A stretch of 64,000 nt of DNA, taken from Burkholderiales bacterium (GTDB lineage Bacteria > Pseudomonadota > Gammaproteobacteria > Burkholderiales > CAIKXV01). Location: contig JBBRCD010000006.1 in the NCBI GenBank assembly GCA_038205245.1, positions 692 through 64,691 of the forward strand. Direction: 5' to 3'. Positions within the stretch are counted from its first letter, which is position 1; each line of letters opens with the position of its first letter. This document shows, piece after piece, positions 34,993-45,974 of the stretch. A program made the position numbers and the translations under genes. The notes below the pieces were generated by a model, which worked only from the letters and a program-made list of their open reading frames with translations, ran no database searches and was not told the origin of the DNA.

Positions 34993-37395
34993 ATGGCCAA
35001 ACTGGAAGTCGACGGCAAGCCGGTGGAGATTCGCGACGGCGCGATGGTGATGGAAGCCGCGAACGCGCTCGGCATCTATGTGCCGCACTTCTGCTATCAC
35101 AAGAAGCTGACCATCGCAGCCAACTGCCGCATGTGCCTGGTCGAAGTGGAGAAGGCGCCCAAGCCGCTGCCCGCCTGCGCGACACCGGTCACCGAGGGGA
35201 TGAAGGTCTGGACGCACACGCCCAAGGCGGTGCAGGCGCAGAAGGGCGTGATGGAGTTTCTTCTGATCAACCATCCGCTCGATTGCCCGATCTGCGATCA
35301 GGGTGGCGAGTGCCAGTTGCAGGATCTCGCTGTCGGTTACGGTGCGAGCGAGTCGCGTTACGACGAGATGAAGCGGGTGGTGCCGAACAAGAATCTAGGC
35401 CCGCTGATCGCCACCGACATGACGCGCTGCATTCACTGCACCCGCTGCGTTCGATTCGGGCAGGAGATCGCCGGGGTGATGGAACTGGGCATGGCCGGGC
35501 GCGGTGAACACAGCGAGATCATGCCGTTCGTGGCGCGCACGGTCGACTCCGAACTGTCGGGCAACATGATCGATGTCTGCCCGGTCGGTGCACTCACCTC
35601 CAAGCCGTTTCGCTACACTGCCCGCACCTGGGAGCTGTCGCGCCGCAAGTCGGTCAGCCCGCATTGCAGCCTGGGGGCGAACCTGATCGTGCAGGTGAAG
35701 GGCAACCGGGTGATGCGTGTGGTGCCGCTGGAGAATGAGGCGGTCAACGAGTGCTGGCTGTCCGACAAGGACCGCTTCAGCTACGAGGCGCTCAACTCCG
35801 AACACCGGCTGACCCGGCCGCTGGTCCGTCGCGATGGTCAGTGGCATCAGGTCGACTGGCAGCAGGCCCTCGAGCATGTCGCCACCCGTCTCAAGTCGAT
35901 CGTGGGCCGGGATGGGCCCGAGTCATTGGGGTTTTTGGCCACGCCGCACCAGACGCTGGAGGAACTGCTGCTGCTGGCGAAGCTCGCGCGCGGGCTGGGT
36001 TGCGAAAACCTGGATCACCGGTTGCGCCAGGTCGACTTTCGTGCCGGCGCCAGTCGCGCAGGGGCACCCTGGCTCGGGCTGCCGGTGGCCGAGGTCGGGC
36101 AGGCAGACGCGGTGCTGGTGATCGGCAGCGTGCTGCGCAAGGATCATCCCCTTCTCGCGCAGCGGGTGCGTCAGGCGGCCAAGCGCGGTGCGCGGCTGCA
36201 TCTGCTCAACCCGCTGGCGCAGGATCTGCTGATGCCGGTGAGCAGCGAGACGGTGGTCGCACCCTCGGCAATGGTCAATGCGCTCGCCCAGGTGGTCAAG
36301 GCTGTCGCGTTGGCGAAGGCGGTGACACCGGGCGCGACAGTGGCAGCCGCGATCGACAAGATCGAGGTCGGAGTGGTGGCCCAGCGGGTTGCCGATGATC
36401 TGGTGCAGGCCGAGCGTGGCATTGTCTGGCTGGGCAATCTGGCTGCACAGCAACCTGGTTTCGCAGAGCTCGAAGTGCTGGCACAGGCCCTGGCGTCGAT
36501 GACCGGTGCACGCTTCGGTCATCTCGGCGCGGCTGCCAATAGCGTTGGTGCTGCGCTTGCCGGGGTGCAGCCCGGGGTAGGCGGCCTGGATGCGCAGGCG
36601 ATGCTCGCCGCGCCGCGCAAGGCGTATCTGCTCCTGGGCACTGAACCGGAACTGGATTGCGCGGACGGTGCGGTCGCACTGGCCGCGATGAAGGCGGCCG
36701 AGTTCGTGGTGGCCCTGTCGCCGTTCGAACACCGTGCCCTGGACTATGCCGAGGTGATGCTGCCGATCGCCCCGTTCACCGAGACCGCCGGCACCTTCGT
36801 CAATACCGAGGGGCGTGCCCAGAGTTTTGCCGGTGTGGTCAAGCCGCTGGGAGACACCCGGCCAGCGTGGAAGGTGTTGCGGGTGCTGGGCAATCTGCTC
36901 GGGCTGCCCGGTTTCGATCAGGACTCGACCGAGGCGGTGCGCGCTGCGATCCCGCTGGACACGCTGCCAGCGACCGGTTGCGACAACCGCCTGGATCCGG
37001 CGACGCTGGCCAGCTTGCCGATCGATGCCTCGTTGCCAACGACCGGTTCCCGCGTCGAGCGGATCGCTCCGGTGCGTATCTACGATGCCGATGCACTCGC
37101 CCGCCGCGCGCCCGCCTTGCAGAAGACACGGGACGCTGCACCGATCGAGGCGGCCTTCGCGTCCGATGTCTGGAGCAACCTCGCCCTGGTGGACGGGGAC
37201 TCGGTCCGGGTGCCAGCGCAGGGCGGTGAGGGCTCAGCCCTGTTTCCTGCGGTGCGCGACCCGCAACTGCCCAAGGGCTGTGTGCTGCTGCCGGCAGGTC
37301 ATCAGGCGACCTGCCTGCTGTCCCCCGTTGCCGGCGCGCTGGCCTTCGCGCGGGTTGCTGTACCGGCGGCGGTCTCCGCTGCGCCGGTGAACTGA
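34993..37395 (+). CDS. nuoG: NADH-quinone oxidoreductase subunit G
   Basis: The ATG at 34993 gives [16 protein letters not shown]...[21 protein letters not shown] and [18 protein letters not shown]. Confidence 0.96.
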   Translation: MAKLEVDGKPVEIRDGAMVMEAANALGIYVPHFCYHKKLTIAANCRMCLVEVEKAPKPLPACATPVTEGMKVWTHTPKAVQAQKGVMEFLLINHPLDCPICDQGGECQLQDLAVGYGASESRYDEMKRVVPNKNLGPLIATDMTRCIHCTRCVRFGQEIAGVMELGMAGRGEHSEIMPFVARTVDSELSGNMIDVCPVGALTSKPFRYTARTWELSRRKSVSPHCSLGANLIVQVKGNRVMRVVPLENEAVNECWLSDKDRFSYEALNSEHRLTRPLVRRDGQWHQVDWQQALEHVATRLKSIVGRDGPESLGFLATPHQTLEELLLLAKLARGLGCENLDHRLRQVDFRAGASRAGAPWLGLPVAEVGQADAVLVIGSVLRKDHPLLAQRVRQAAKRGARLHLLNPLAQDLLMPVSSETVVAPSAMVNALAQVVKAVALAKAVTPGATVAAAIDKIEVGVVAQRVADDLVQAERGIVWLGNLAAQQPGFAELEVLAQALASMTGARFGHLGAAANSVGAALAGVQPGVGGLDAQAMLAAPRKAYLLLGTEPELDCADGAVALAAMKAAEFVVALSPFEHRALDYAEVMLPIAPFTETAGTFVNTEGRAQSFAGVVKPLGDTRPAWKVLRVLGNLLGLPGFDQDSTEAVRAAIPLDTLPATGCDNRLDPATLASLPIDASLPTTGSRVERIAPVRIYDADALARRAPALQKTRDAAPIEAAFASDVWSNLALVDGDSVRVPAQGGEGSALFPAVRDPQLPKGCVLLPAGHQATCLLSPVAGALAFARVAVPAAVSAAPVN

Positions 37396-37405
37396 GACGA
37401 CGCCA

Positions 37406-38494
37406 ATGGCGTTCTTCGAGAACCTTCTCGGCCCGGCCTGGCCAGTCGTCTGGACGCTGGTCAAGATCCTGGCGATCGTCATTCCGATCACGCTTTGCGT
37501 GGCCTTCCTCACTCTGGCCGAGCGCAAGGTGATCGGCTACATGCAGCTGCGCATCGGGCCGAACCGGGTGATGGCGTTCGGCATGGGCTGGACCGCCGGC
37601 CTCGCGCAGCCGTTCGCCGATGTGTTCAAGCTGATCCTGAAGGAAATCATCGTCCCCAGCGGGTCGAACAAGTTTTTGTTCCTGATCGCGCCGACGCTGT
37701 CGATCATGCCGGCGCTGGCCGCCTGGGCGGTGCTGCCGTTCGGACCCGAAACCGTGCTCGCCGACATCGATGCCAGTCTGCTCTATGTGCTGGCGCTGAC
37801 CTCGATGGGGGTCTACGGTGTGATCGTCGCCGGCTGGGCATCGAACTCGAAGTACGCGTTCCTGGGCGCGATGCGCGCGGCAGCGCAGATCGTGTCCTAC
37901 GAGATCGCGATGGGCTTTGCCCTGGTCGGCGTGCTGATGGTGTCGGCAAGCCTGAACCTGGGCGATATCGTGCGCGCGCAGGAAGGAGGCGGATTCTGGT
38001 CGTGGAACCTGCTGCCGCTGCTTCCGCTGTTCATGGTCTATTTCATCGCGGGGGTTGCCGAAACCAATCGCGCGCCATTCGATGTGGCCGAGGGCGAGTC
38101 GGAGATCGTCGCCGGCTTCCATGTCGAGTACTCGGGTACCGCATTCGCGGTGTTCTTCCTGGCCGAGTACGCCAACATGATCCTGATCTCGGCGCTGGCC
38201 TCGCTGATGTTCCTCGGGGGGTGGCTGCCCCCGGTGTATATCGAGTCGATGGCAGCGATCCCGGTGGTCGGCCTCGCCTTCGGGCCAGGCGTGCACTGGC
38301 TGTTCGCCAAGATCGCGTTCCTGCTGTTTTGTTTTCTCTGGCTGCGTGCGACGTTCCCGCGTTATCGCTACGACCAGATCATGCGTCTGGGCTGGAAGGT
38401 GTTCATTCCGCTGACTCTGGTCTGGATCATGGTGGTGGGCGTCGCACTGCAGGATCCGATTCGTACCTGGGCCCCGTTCCGGTGGTGGTTCTGA
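37406..38494 (+). CDS. nuoH: NADH-quinone oxidoreductase subunit H
   Basis: 362-aa multi-TM protein with [29 protein letters not shown]. Confidence 0.96.
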   Translation: MAFFENLLGPAWPVVWTLVKILAIVIPITLCVAFLTLAERKVIGYMQLRIGPNRVMAFGMGWTAGLAQPFADVFKLILKEIIVPSGSNKFLFLIAPTLSIMPALAAWAVLPFGPETVLADIDASLLYVLALTSMGVYGVIVAGWASNSKYAFLGAMRAAAQIVSYEIAMGFALVGVLMVSASLNLGDIVRAQEGGGFWSWNLLPLLPLFMVYFIAGVAETNRAPFDVAEGESEIVAGFHVEYSGTAFAVFFLAEYANMILISALASLMFLGGWLPPVYIESMAAIPVVGLAFGPGVHWLFAKIAFLLFCFLWLRATFPRYRYDQIMRLGWKVFIPLTLVWIMVVGVALQDPIRTWAPFRWWF

Positions 38495-38597
38495 TGCTGA
38501 TGACCCTGGCGGTTATTGATGCACCGGTAGCGGATTCGCCGATGGTAAATCCACCGGTGATGAACTCACGACGGGTGCCGACCTGTGGAGACAAGCG

Positions 38598-39089
38598 ATG
38601 CTGACCCGTATCGGGAACTTCTTCCGCGCGTTCCTGCTGCTCGAGTTGCTGCGCGGCATGCAGCTCACCGGGCGCAACCTGTTCGCGCGCAAGATCACCG
38701 TGCAGTACCCGGAGGAGAAGACGCCGCAGAGTCCGCGCTTCCGCGGCCTTCACGCCTTGCGCCGCTACCCCAACGGGGAGGAGCGCTGCATCGCCTGCAA
38801 GCTGTGCGAGGCGGTCTGTCCGGCGCTGGCGATCACTATCGAGTCCGATGTGCGGGATGACGGAACGCGACGCACCACCCTCTATGACATCGATCTCACC
38901 AAATGCATCTTCTGCGGGCTGTGCGAAGAGTCCTGCCCGGTCGATGCGATCGTCGAGACACGCATTTTCGAGTATCACGGCGAGAAGCGCGGCGACCTGG
39001 TCTACACGAAGGAGATGCTGCTCGCGATCGGCGATCGCTATGAGGATCAGATTGCGAAAGACAGGATGGCCGATGCCGGTTTTCGCTGA
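38598..39089 (+). CDS. nuoI: NADH-quinone oxidoreductase subunit I
   Basis: Two 4Fe-4S motifs: [12 protein letters not shown] and [12 protein letters not shown]. Confidence 0.96.
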   Translation: MLTRIGNFFRAFLLLELLRGMQLTGRNLFARKITVQYPEEKTPQSPRFRGLHALRRYPNGEERCIACKLCEAVCPALAITIESDVRDDGTRRTTLYDIDLTKCIFCGLCEESCPVDAIVETRIFEYHGEKRGDLVYTKEMLLAIGDRYEDQIAKDRMADAGFR

Positions 39090-39116
39090 CATCGGCACTG
39101 ATGCCCGGGGTTCGCG

Positions 39117-39764
39117 ATGAACTTCCCGAAGATCGTTTTCTTCGTGCTCGCCACCGTGCTGGTTGTGTCGGCGCTGCGCGTCATCACGGCGCGCAACCCG
39201 GTGCATGCCGCGCTGTTCCTGGTGCTGTCGTTCTTTTCCGCTGCCGGGCTGTGGCTGCTGTTGCATGCCGAGTTCCTGGCGATAACGCTGGTGCTGGTCT
39301 ATGTCGGCGCCGTGATGGTGCTGTTTCTGTTCGTCATCATGATGCTGGATATCAATATCGATCGGGTGCGCGAGGGCTTCTGGCAGATCCTGCCGATTGC
39401 GCTGCCAGTGGCGTTGCTGCTGCTGGGTATCATGGCTGCCACCCTCGCCGGGCCCTGGTTCGGCCTGGCGTTGCGCCCGCCACCGCCGCCGGTAACGTCG
39501 ACCTACAGCAACACGCGCGAGATCGGCTTGGTGCTCTATACCGAGTATGTCTATCCGTTCGAACTGGCCGCGGTGATCCTGCTGGTGGCAATCGTCGCAG
39601 CGATCGCGCTCACCTTGCGGGCGCGCAAGAACACGAAGTACATCGATCCGTCGATGCAGGTGAATGTGAAGCGCGAGGACAGGGTGCGGCTGGTAAGCAT
39701 GCCCTCGGAGCGAAAAGGCGTATCGGCCCCGCCGGACGAAACGCCACAACCCCCCAAGCTTTAG
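39117..39764 (+). CDS. nuoJ: NADH-quinone oxidoreductase subunit J
   Basis: 215-aa membrane protein in the conserved position (NPVHAALFLVLSFFSAAGLW). Confidence 0.92.
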   Translation: MNFPKIVFFVLATVLVVSALRVITARNPVHAALFLVLSFFSAAGLWLLLHAEFLAITLVLVYVGAVMVLFLFVIMMLDINIDRVREGFWQILPIALPVALLLLGIMAATLAGPWFGLALRPPPPPVTSTYSNTREIGLVLYTEYVYPFELAAVILLVAIVAAIALTLRARKNTKYIDPSMQVNVKREDRVRLVSMPSERKGVSAPPDETPQPPKL

Positions 39765-39840
39765 CCTCGCTGGCGCGCGGCACCCAGGTGGCGCGCGCGA
39801 CGAAACCAACGACCCGCAGACGACCCGAACAACCGACAAC

Positions 39841-39932
39841 CTTGCGAACCTGAACGTCGAATTTCAGCTGCGAATCTTCGCTACGAATCCTGGCTGCGAA
39901 GCCGAACTGCGAATCTGAGCCGAAACGCCGAG
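39841..39932. repeat. About seven 13-bp tandem units inside the unusually long nuoJ-nuoK spacer
   Basis: CTGCGAATCTTCG CTACGAATCCTGG CTGCGAAGCCGAA CTGCGAATCTGAG, flanked by degenerate copies. Confidence 0.8.
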
Positions 39933-39952
39933 CCAAAATTGGAGCCACCCCG

Positions 39953-40258
39953 TTGGTGCCGCTGTCCTACTACCTGATTCTGGGTGCAATCCTGTTTTCC
40001 ATCAGTGTGCTTGGCATCTTCCTGAATCGGAAGAACGTCATCGTCCTGCTGATGGCGATCGAGCTTAACCTGCTCGCGGTGAACCTCAACTTCATCGCGT
40101 TCAGCTATTTTCTGCAGGATATTTCCGGCCAGATATTCGTGTTCTTCATCCTTACGGTCGCGGCTGCCGAGGCCGCGATCGGGCTGGCGATTCTGGTGGC
40201 GCTGTTCCGCAACCTCCGTACCATCCATGTCGACGATCTCGGCACCCTGAAGGGATGA
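39953..40258 (+). CDS. nuoK: NADH-quinone oxidoreductase subunit K
   Basis: 101-aa, 3-TM protein ([16 protein letters not shown]...[14 protein letters not shown]). TTG start (a GTG lies at 39956) after GGAG. Confidence 0.93.
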   Translation: MVPLSYYLILGAILFSISVLGIFLNRKNVIVLLMAIELNLLAVNLNFIAFSYFLQDISGQIFVFFILTVAAAEAAIGLAILVALFRNLRTIHVDDLGTLKG

Positions 40259-40268
40259 GGGCGCGCCG

Positions 40269-42323
40269 ATGACGATGGAAGCGGTCTACCTGATTGTTCC
40301 TCTGGCCCCGTTGCTCGGGGCGCTGATCGCCGGGCTGTTCGGCAGGCAGATCGGACGCAGTGGAGCACATGTGGTGACCATTGCCGGTGTGGCGGTATCG
40401 CTCGCCGCCTCGATCTTTGTGTTCATGGACGTGATGAACGGCAACACCTTTAACGGCAGCGTCTACACCTGGCTCACTGCAGGTGACTTCAGCTTCGAGA
40501 TCGGTTTCCTGATCGACAGTCTGACAGTGACGATGATGCTGGTGGTCACGTCGGTGTCGCTGATGGTGCATGTGTACACCATCGGCTACATGCATGACGA
40601 CCCGGGCTACCAGCGCTTCTTCTCTTACATTTCGCTGTTCACCTTCTCGATGTTGATGCTGGTGATGAGCAACAACTTCCTGCAGCTTTTCTTCGGCTGG
40701 GAAGCGGTGGGCCTTGTCTCCTACCTGCTGATCGGCTTCTGGTTCAAGCGGCCCAGTGCGACCTACGCCAATCTGAAGGCGTTCCTGGTGAATCGGGTCG
40801 GAGACTTCGGTTTCCTGCTCGGCATCGGGCTGGTGCTTGCATGGTTCGGCACACTGGACTACCAGCAGGTGTTCGACCAGGCACCGAGCATGCAGAACGC
40901 GACCATCGAGCTCTTTCCGGGGGTCCCCTGGTCGCTGATCACCGTCACCTGCATCCTGCTGTTCATCGGCGCCATGGGCAAATCGGCCCAGTTCCCGTTG
41001 CATGTCTGGCTGCCCGACTCGATGGAAGGCCCGACGCCGATCTCGGCGCTGATTCATGCAGCGACGATGGTGACTGCCGGCATCTTCATGGTGGCGCGGA
41101 TGTCGCCGCTGTTCGAGCTGTCCGACACGGCGTTGTCGTTCGTGCTGATCATCGGCGCCATCACGGCGCTGTTCATGGGTCTGCTTGGTATCGTGCAGAA
41201 CGACATCAAGCGGGTCGTCGCCTACTCGACGCTGTCGCAGCTCGGCTACATGACCGTTGCGTTGGGGGCGTCGGCCTATTCGGTGGCTATCTTTCACCTG
41301 ATGACGCATGCCTTCTTCAAGGCGCTGCTGTTCCTCGCCGCCGGGTCGGTGATCATCGGCATGCGTCACAACCAGGATATCCGCTGGATGGGTGGGGTTC
41401 GCAAGTACATGCCGATCACCTGGATCACCTCGCTGGTCGGCTCGCTCGCGCTGATCGGCACGCCTTTCTTTTCAGGTTTCTACTCCAAGGATTCGATCAT
41501 CGTCGCGGTGGAGCATTCCACGGTGTACGGTTCCGGGTTCGCCACCTTTGCGGTGACCGCTGGGGTGTTCATCACCGCGTTCTACTCGTTCCGGATGTAC
41601 TTCCTGGTCTTTCATGGTGAGGAGCGCTATCACCTGGCGCCGCCGGACCCACATGCCCACGACGACCACCACCGTAAGGACGAGCACGTCAGGGACGACC
41701 ATGGGAACCACCACGACCACCATGCTGCCTCGGCAAAGCCGCGCGAGTCCCCCTGGGTGGTGACACTGCCGCTGATCGCACTGGCGATTCCGTCGGTGAT
41801 CATCGGCTATCTCACCTTGTCGCCCCTGGTGCTCGGTGACTGGTTCGACGGTTCCATCCATGTGGCCGGGTCACACCCGGCGATCGAGCACCTCAAGGCG
41901 CACCTGCATGGCCCGCTCGAGATGGCACTGCATGGCTTCGTGACGGCGCCGTTCTGGCTCGCGCTGGCCGGGGTCGTCCTCGCCTGGTATCTGTATCTGA
42001 GGCGGCCTGAACTGCCTGCGGTGCTCGCCGCGCGGATGAAGGGTCTGCACACGCTGCTGCTCGAGAAATACTACTTCGACCAGATCTATGCCTTCCTGTT
42101 CCGCGATGGCTTTCGCTCGCTCGGGACATTCCTCTGGAAGGTGGGCGACATCAAGCTGATCGACGGGGTGATGGTCAATGGATCGGCGTGGCTGGTCGGG
42201 CAGGTCGCGCGGCTGTCCAGGCAGCTCCAGTCCGGATACCTCTACACCTATGCCTTCGCCATGCTGCTCGGTGTGCTGGGCCTTCTCGTCCTCTGGATCG
42301 CGCGTACCCGCGCGGTGTTCTAG
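40269..42323 (+). CDS. nuoL: NADH-quinone oxidoreductase subunit L
   Basis: 684-aa antiporter-like subunit (FFGWEAVGLVSYLLIGFW...GKSAQFPLHVWLPDSMEGPTPISALIHAATMV). Confidence 0.96.
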   Translation: MTMEAVYLIVPLAPLLGALIAGLFGRQIGRSGAHVVTIAGVAVSLAASIFVFMDVMNGNTFNGSVYTWLTAGDFSFEIGFLIDSLTVTMMLVVTSVSLMVHVYTIGYMHDDPGYQRFFSYISLFTFSMLMLVMSNNFLQLFFGWEAVGLVSYLLIGFWFKRPSATYANLKAFLVNRVGDFGFLLGIGLVLAWFGTLDYQQVFDQAPSMQNATIELFPGVPWSLITVTCILLFIGAMGKSAQFPLHVWLPDSMEGPTPISALIHAATMVTAGIFMVARMSPLFELSDTALSFVLIIGAITALFMGLLGIVQNDIKRVVAYSTLSQLGYMTVALGASAYSVAIFHLMTHAFFKALLFLAAGSVIIGMRHNQDIRWMGGVRKYMPITWITSLVGSLALIGTPFFSGFYSKDSIIVAVEHSTVYGSGFATFAVTAGVFITAFYSFRMYFLVFHGEERYHLAPPDPHAHDDHHRKDEHVRDDHGNHHDHHAASAKPRESPWVVTLPLIALAIPSVIIGYLTLSPLVLGDWFDGSIHVAGSHPAIEHLKAHLHGPLEMALHGFVTAPFWLALAGVVLAWYLYLRRPELPAVLAARMKGLHTLLLEKYYFDQIYAFLFRDGFRSLGTFLWKVGDIKLIDGVMVNGSAWLVGQVARLSRQLQSGYLYTYAFAMLLGVLGLLVLWIARTRAVF

Positions 42324-42401
42324 CCCCTGTGTTTACGCTGCCCGTGACGACCGCCCCTCGAGACCGCCCGCAAAGCCTGTTCCCAGTATGAACCACCGAC
42401 A

Positions 42402-43889
42402 ATGAATGTGCCGCTGCTGAGCCTTGCAATCTGGCTGCCGATCGTCAGTGCCATTGCGGTACTGGCGACCGGCCCGGACCGTAATGCCGGGCTCGCCCGC
42501 GTGATCGCGCTGCTCGGTGCACTCGCCGGGCTGGCGGTCACCATCCCCCTGTGGACCGGGTTCGACTCCGCGCAGGGCAGCATGCAGTTTCTCGAGCTGG
42601 CGCCCTGGGTGCCTGCCTTCAACATCAACTACCACCTGGGCATCGATGGCGTTTCGCTGTTGCTGATCCTGCTCAACAGCTTCACCACCGTGCTGGTGGT
42701 GATCGCGGGCTGGAAGGTGATCGGGTCCCGGGTCGCGCAGTACATGGCGTCATTCCTTCTGCTCTCCGGCCTGATGAACGGTGTGTTCTCGGCAATGGAT
42801 GCCATGCTGTTCTATGTGTTCTTCGAGGCGACGCTGATCCCGATGTTCATCATCATCGGCATCTGGGGCGGGCAGAACCGGGTCTATGCCTCGGTCAAGT
42901 TCTTCCTCTACACGTTGCTTGGCTCGCTGCTGATGCTGGTTGCTCTGATCTACCTGTACACCCTGTCCAACGGGACTTTCTCGCTGGCCGAGTGGTACCG
43001 GCTGCCGATCCCGTTCGAGGCGCAGGTGCTGATCTTCTTCGCATTCTTCATGGCGTTTGCGGTGAAGATTCCGATGTGGCCGGTGCACACCTGGCTGCCG
43101 GACGCGCACGTCGAGGCGCCTACCGGCGGCTCGGTGGTTCTGGCGGCCATCATGTTGAAGCTGGGCGGCTACGGATTTCTCCGGTTCTCGCTGCCTATCG
43201 TGCCCGATGCCAGCCAGACCCTGGCCGGCGTGGTGATCGCCCTGTCGCTGGTGGCGGTCGTGTACATCGGTCTGGTCGCACTGGTGCAGACCGACATGAA
43301 GAAGCTGATCGCCTATTCCTCGATTGCCCACATGGGGTTTGTCACGCTTGGCCTGTTCCTGTTCAACAACCTGGGCATCGAGGGCGCGGTGATCCAGATG
43401 GTGTCTCACGGGTTTGTTTCCGGCGCGCTCTTCCTGTGCGTCGGGGTACTCTATGACCGGCTGCACAGCCGGGCGATCGCCGACTATGGCGGTGTCGCCA
43501 ACACCATGCCGGTGTTCGCCGCCATGTTCATGCTGTTCGGCATGGCCAACGCCGGGCTGCCTGGAACCAGCGGGTTCGTCGGCGAGTTCATGGTGATCAT
43601 GGGCGCGATCCAGGTGAGCTTCTGGTATGGCTTTCTGGCGGCCACCACGCTGATCTTCGGGGCCGCCTACACGTTGTGGATGTACAAGCGGGTCATGTTC
43701 GGCGAGATCGCCAGCACGGCGGTGGCCGGACTGAAGGACCTTTCCGCCCGCGAAGCCCTGGTGCTCGGCGTGCTGGCGGTCGCGGTTCTGGGCATGGGCC
43801 TGTATCCGCTGCCCTTCACCGAGGTGCTGCACGCCTCGGTCAACGATCTGCTCGCGCATGTGACGCAGAGCAAACTGCCGCTGCGATAG
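42402..43889 (+). CDS. nuoM: NADH-quinone oxidoreductase subunit M
   Basis: 495-aa antiporter-like subunit (KIPMWPVHTWLPDAHVEAPTGGSVVLAAIMLKLGGYG). Confidence 0.96.
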   Translation: MNVPLLSLAIWLPIVSAIAVLATGPDRNAGLARVIALLGALAGLAVTIPLWTGFDSAQGSMQFLELAPWVPAFNINYHLGIDGVSLLLILLNSFTTVLVVIAGWKVIGSRVAQYMASFLLLSGLMNGVFSAMDAMLFYVFFEATLIPMFIIIGIWGGQNRVYASVKFFLYTLLGSLLMLVALIYLYTLSNGTFSLAEWYRLPIPFEAQVLIFFAFFMAFAVKIPMWPVHTWLPDAHVEAPTGGSVVLAAIMLKLGGYGFLRFSLPIVPDASQTLAGVVIALSLVAVVYIGLVALVQTDMKKLIAYSSIAHMGFVTLGLFLFNNLGIEGAVIQMVSHGFVSGALFLCVGVLYDRLHSRAIADYGGVANTMPVFAAMFMLFGMANAGLPGTSGFVGEFMVIMGAIQVSFWYGFLAATTLIFGAAYTLWMYKRVMFGEIASTAVAGLKDLSAREALVLGVLAVAVLGMGLYPLPFTEVLHASVNDLLAHVTQSKLPLR

Positions 43890-43904
43890 AGCGATTGCGC
43901 TGAG

Positions 43905-45350
43905 ATGAACATCCCGATCCCCGACTTCGCCCCGGCTGCCACCGAGATCTTTCTGCTCTGTGCAGCCTGCACGGTGCTGCTTGTCGATCTGTTCCTGCGC
44001 GACGACCGGCGCTGGATCACCGAGGCGCTCAGCCAGATCACGCTGGTGGTGTGCGCGATCATCCTGGTTACCACGGCGAAGACCGGCACCGCCTACACGT
44101 TCAGCGTGATGTTCGTCGACGACGCCATGGCCGACGCCCTCAAGCTGATGATCGTGCTCGCCGTGTCGGTGCTGCTGGTCTACTCCCGCCGCTACCTGAT
44201 CGCGCGCGACATGTATCGCGGCGAGTTCTACACGCTAACCCTGTTCTCGGTGCTCGGCATGATGGTGATGGTGTCGGCCAACCACTTCATCACGCTCTAC
44301 CTGGGGCTTGAACTGCTCTCGCTTTCCCTTTACGCGATGATCGCCCTGCAGCGTGATTCGGCAGTGGCGACCGAGGCGGCGATGAAGTACTTCATTCTCG
44401 GTGCGCTGGCCTCGGGCATGCTGCTCTACGGAATGTCGATGGTCTATGGCGCGACCGGGTCACTGCAGGTGACCGACATCGCCAATGTCATTGCTCGTGG
44501 CGAGGGCAGTCGCACGGTACTGGTGTTCGGCCTCGTTTTCATCGTCGCCGGTCTGGGCTTCAAACTGGGCGTGGTGCCGTTCCATATGTGGGTGCCTGAC
44601 GTCTACCACGGCGCGCCGACCGCAGTGACGCTGCTGATAAGCTCCGCGCCGAAGATCGCGGCCTTCGCTTTCTTCATGCGCATTCTGGGCGAGGCACTGC
44701 AGGGGCTGGCGCCTGACTGGCGCAGCATGCTTATCGTGATGGCGGTGCTGTCGATTGCGCTCGGAAACATCGCCGCGATCGCGCAGACCAACCTGAAGCG
44801 GATGCTTGCTTATTCGAGCATCTCGCACATGGGTTTCCTGCTGCTGGGCATCCTCGCGGGTACCTCGCTCGGCTTTGGCGCCTCGATGTTCTATGTGGCG
44901 GTCTACGTTCTGATGAACCTGGGCACGTTCGGCATGATCCTGCTTCTGTCGCGCCAGGGGTTCGAGGCGGATCAGCTGGATGACTATCGCGGGCTGGCGA
45001 AGCGCGAACCCTGGTATGCGTTTCTGATGCTGTTGCTGATGTTCTCGATGGCCGGTGTGCCGCCGACCGTTGGCTTCTATGCCAAGTTCTCGGTGCTCGC
45101 TGCGGTGGTCAGTGTCGATCTGGTCTGGCTCGCGGTGTTTGCCGTGGTCATGTCGTTGATCGGCGCCTTCTACTATCTGCGGATCGTCAAGCTGATGTAC
45201 TTCGACGCGCCGGTGGATGAGACACCAGTGCACATCGGCGCCGACATGCGCGCGGTGCTCTCGCTCAACGGGCTCGCCGTGCTGGTGCTCGGGCTGCTGC
45301 CCCAACCGCTGATGGCCTGGTGCATGCTCGCGATCCAGCGGTCGATGTAG
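43905..45350 (+). CDS. nuoN: NADH-quinone oxidoreductase subunit N
   Basis: 481-aa antiporter-like subunit ([32 protein letters not shown]). Confidence 0.95.
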   Translation: MNIPIPDFAPAATEIFLLCAACTVLLVDLFLRDDRRWITEALSQITLVVCAIILVTTAKTGTAYTFSVMFVDDAMADALKLMIVLAVSVLLVYSRRYLIARDMYRGEFYTLTLFSVLGMMVMVSANHFITLYLGLELLSLSLYAMIALQRDSAVATEAAMKYFILGALASGMLLYGMSMVYGATGSLQVTDIANVIARGEGSRTVLVFGLVFIVAGLGFKLGVVPFHMWVPDVYHGAPTAVTLLISSAPKIAAFAFFMRILGEALQGLAPDWRSMLIVMAVLSIALGNIAAIAQTNLKRMLAYSSISHMGFLLLGILAGTSLGFGASMFYVAVYVLMNLGTFGMILLLSRQGFEADQLDDYRGLAKREPWYAFLMLLLMFSMAGVPPTVGFYAKFSVLAAVVSVDLVWLAVFAVVMSLIGAFYYLRIVKLMYFDAPVDETPVHIGADMRAVLSLNGLAVLVLGLLPQPLMAWCMLAIQRSM

Positions 45351-45389
45351 CCCGATGACTGCGCTTCCAGCCGTGCGCCACAGCCGCCG

Positions 45390-45974
45390 ATGACCAGCGA
45401 TCGCGAAGACACCATGGATGAGTTCCGCGAAACCCGGATCGATTCGACGCCGGTGTTCGATGGCCGGCTGTTGCGGGTACGTCGTGACCGGGTCAGGTTG
45501 CCCGATGGCCGGGAGGCGACCCGCGAGTACATTCTGCATCCGGGCGCGGCGATCATTCTGCCGATGCTCGATGATGAGCGGGTGGTGATGGTTCGCCAGT
45601 ACCGCTACCCGGTGGGTGTCGAGACGCTCGAGTTCCCGGCCGGCAAGATCGACGCAGGAGAGTCCAGCCTGCATACCGCCGAGCGGGAACTGCTCGAGGA
45701 AACCGGCTATCGCGCGGCCCTTTTGGCGCTGGCGTTCAAGGTGCTGCCCTGTGTCGGTTATGCCGATGAGCAGATCGACTTTTATCTGGCGACTGGCCTG
45801 ACCCATGTCGGTCACCCGGGCGAGGACGGCGAATTTCTGGCCCCGGTGGTGATGCGGCTCGCAGACCTCTTGCGCATGGCAGACAGCGGCGAACTGACCG
45901 AGGCGAAGACGCTGATCGGCGCCTACTGGCTGTCACGGCGCCGCCCCGCGGATGGCGATCTGTCCCGCGCCTGA
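45390..45974 (+). CDS. Nudix hydrolase (ADP-ribose pyrophosphatase-like)
   Basis: Nudix box GKIDAGESSLHTAERELLEETGY. Directly after nuoN. Confidence 0.85.
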   Translation: MTSDREDTMDEFRETRIDSTPVFDGRLLRVRRDRVRLPDGREATREYILHPGAAIILPMLDDERVVMVRQYRYPVGVETLEFPAGKIDAGESSLHTAERELLEETGYRAALLALAFKVLPCVGYADEQIDFYLATGLTHVGHPGEDGEFLAPVVMRLADLLRMADSGELTEAKTLIGAYWLSRRRPADGDLSRA

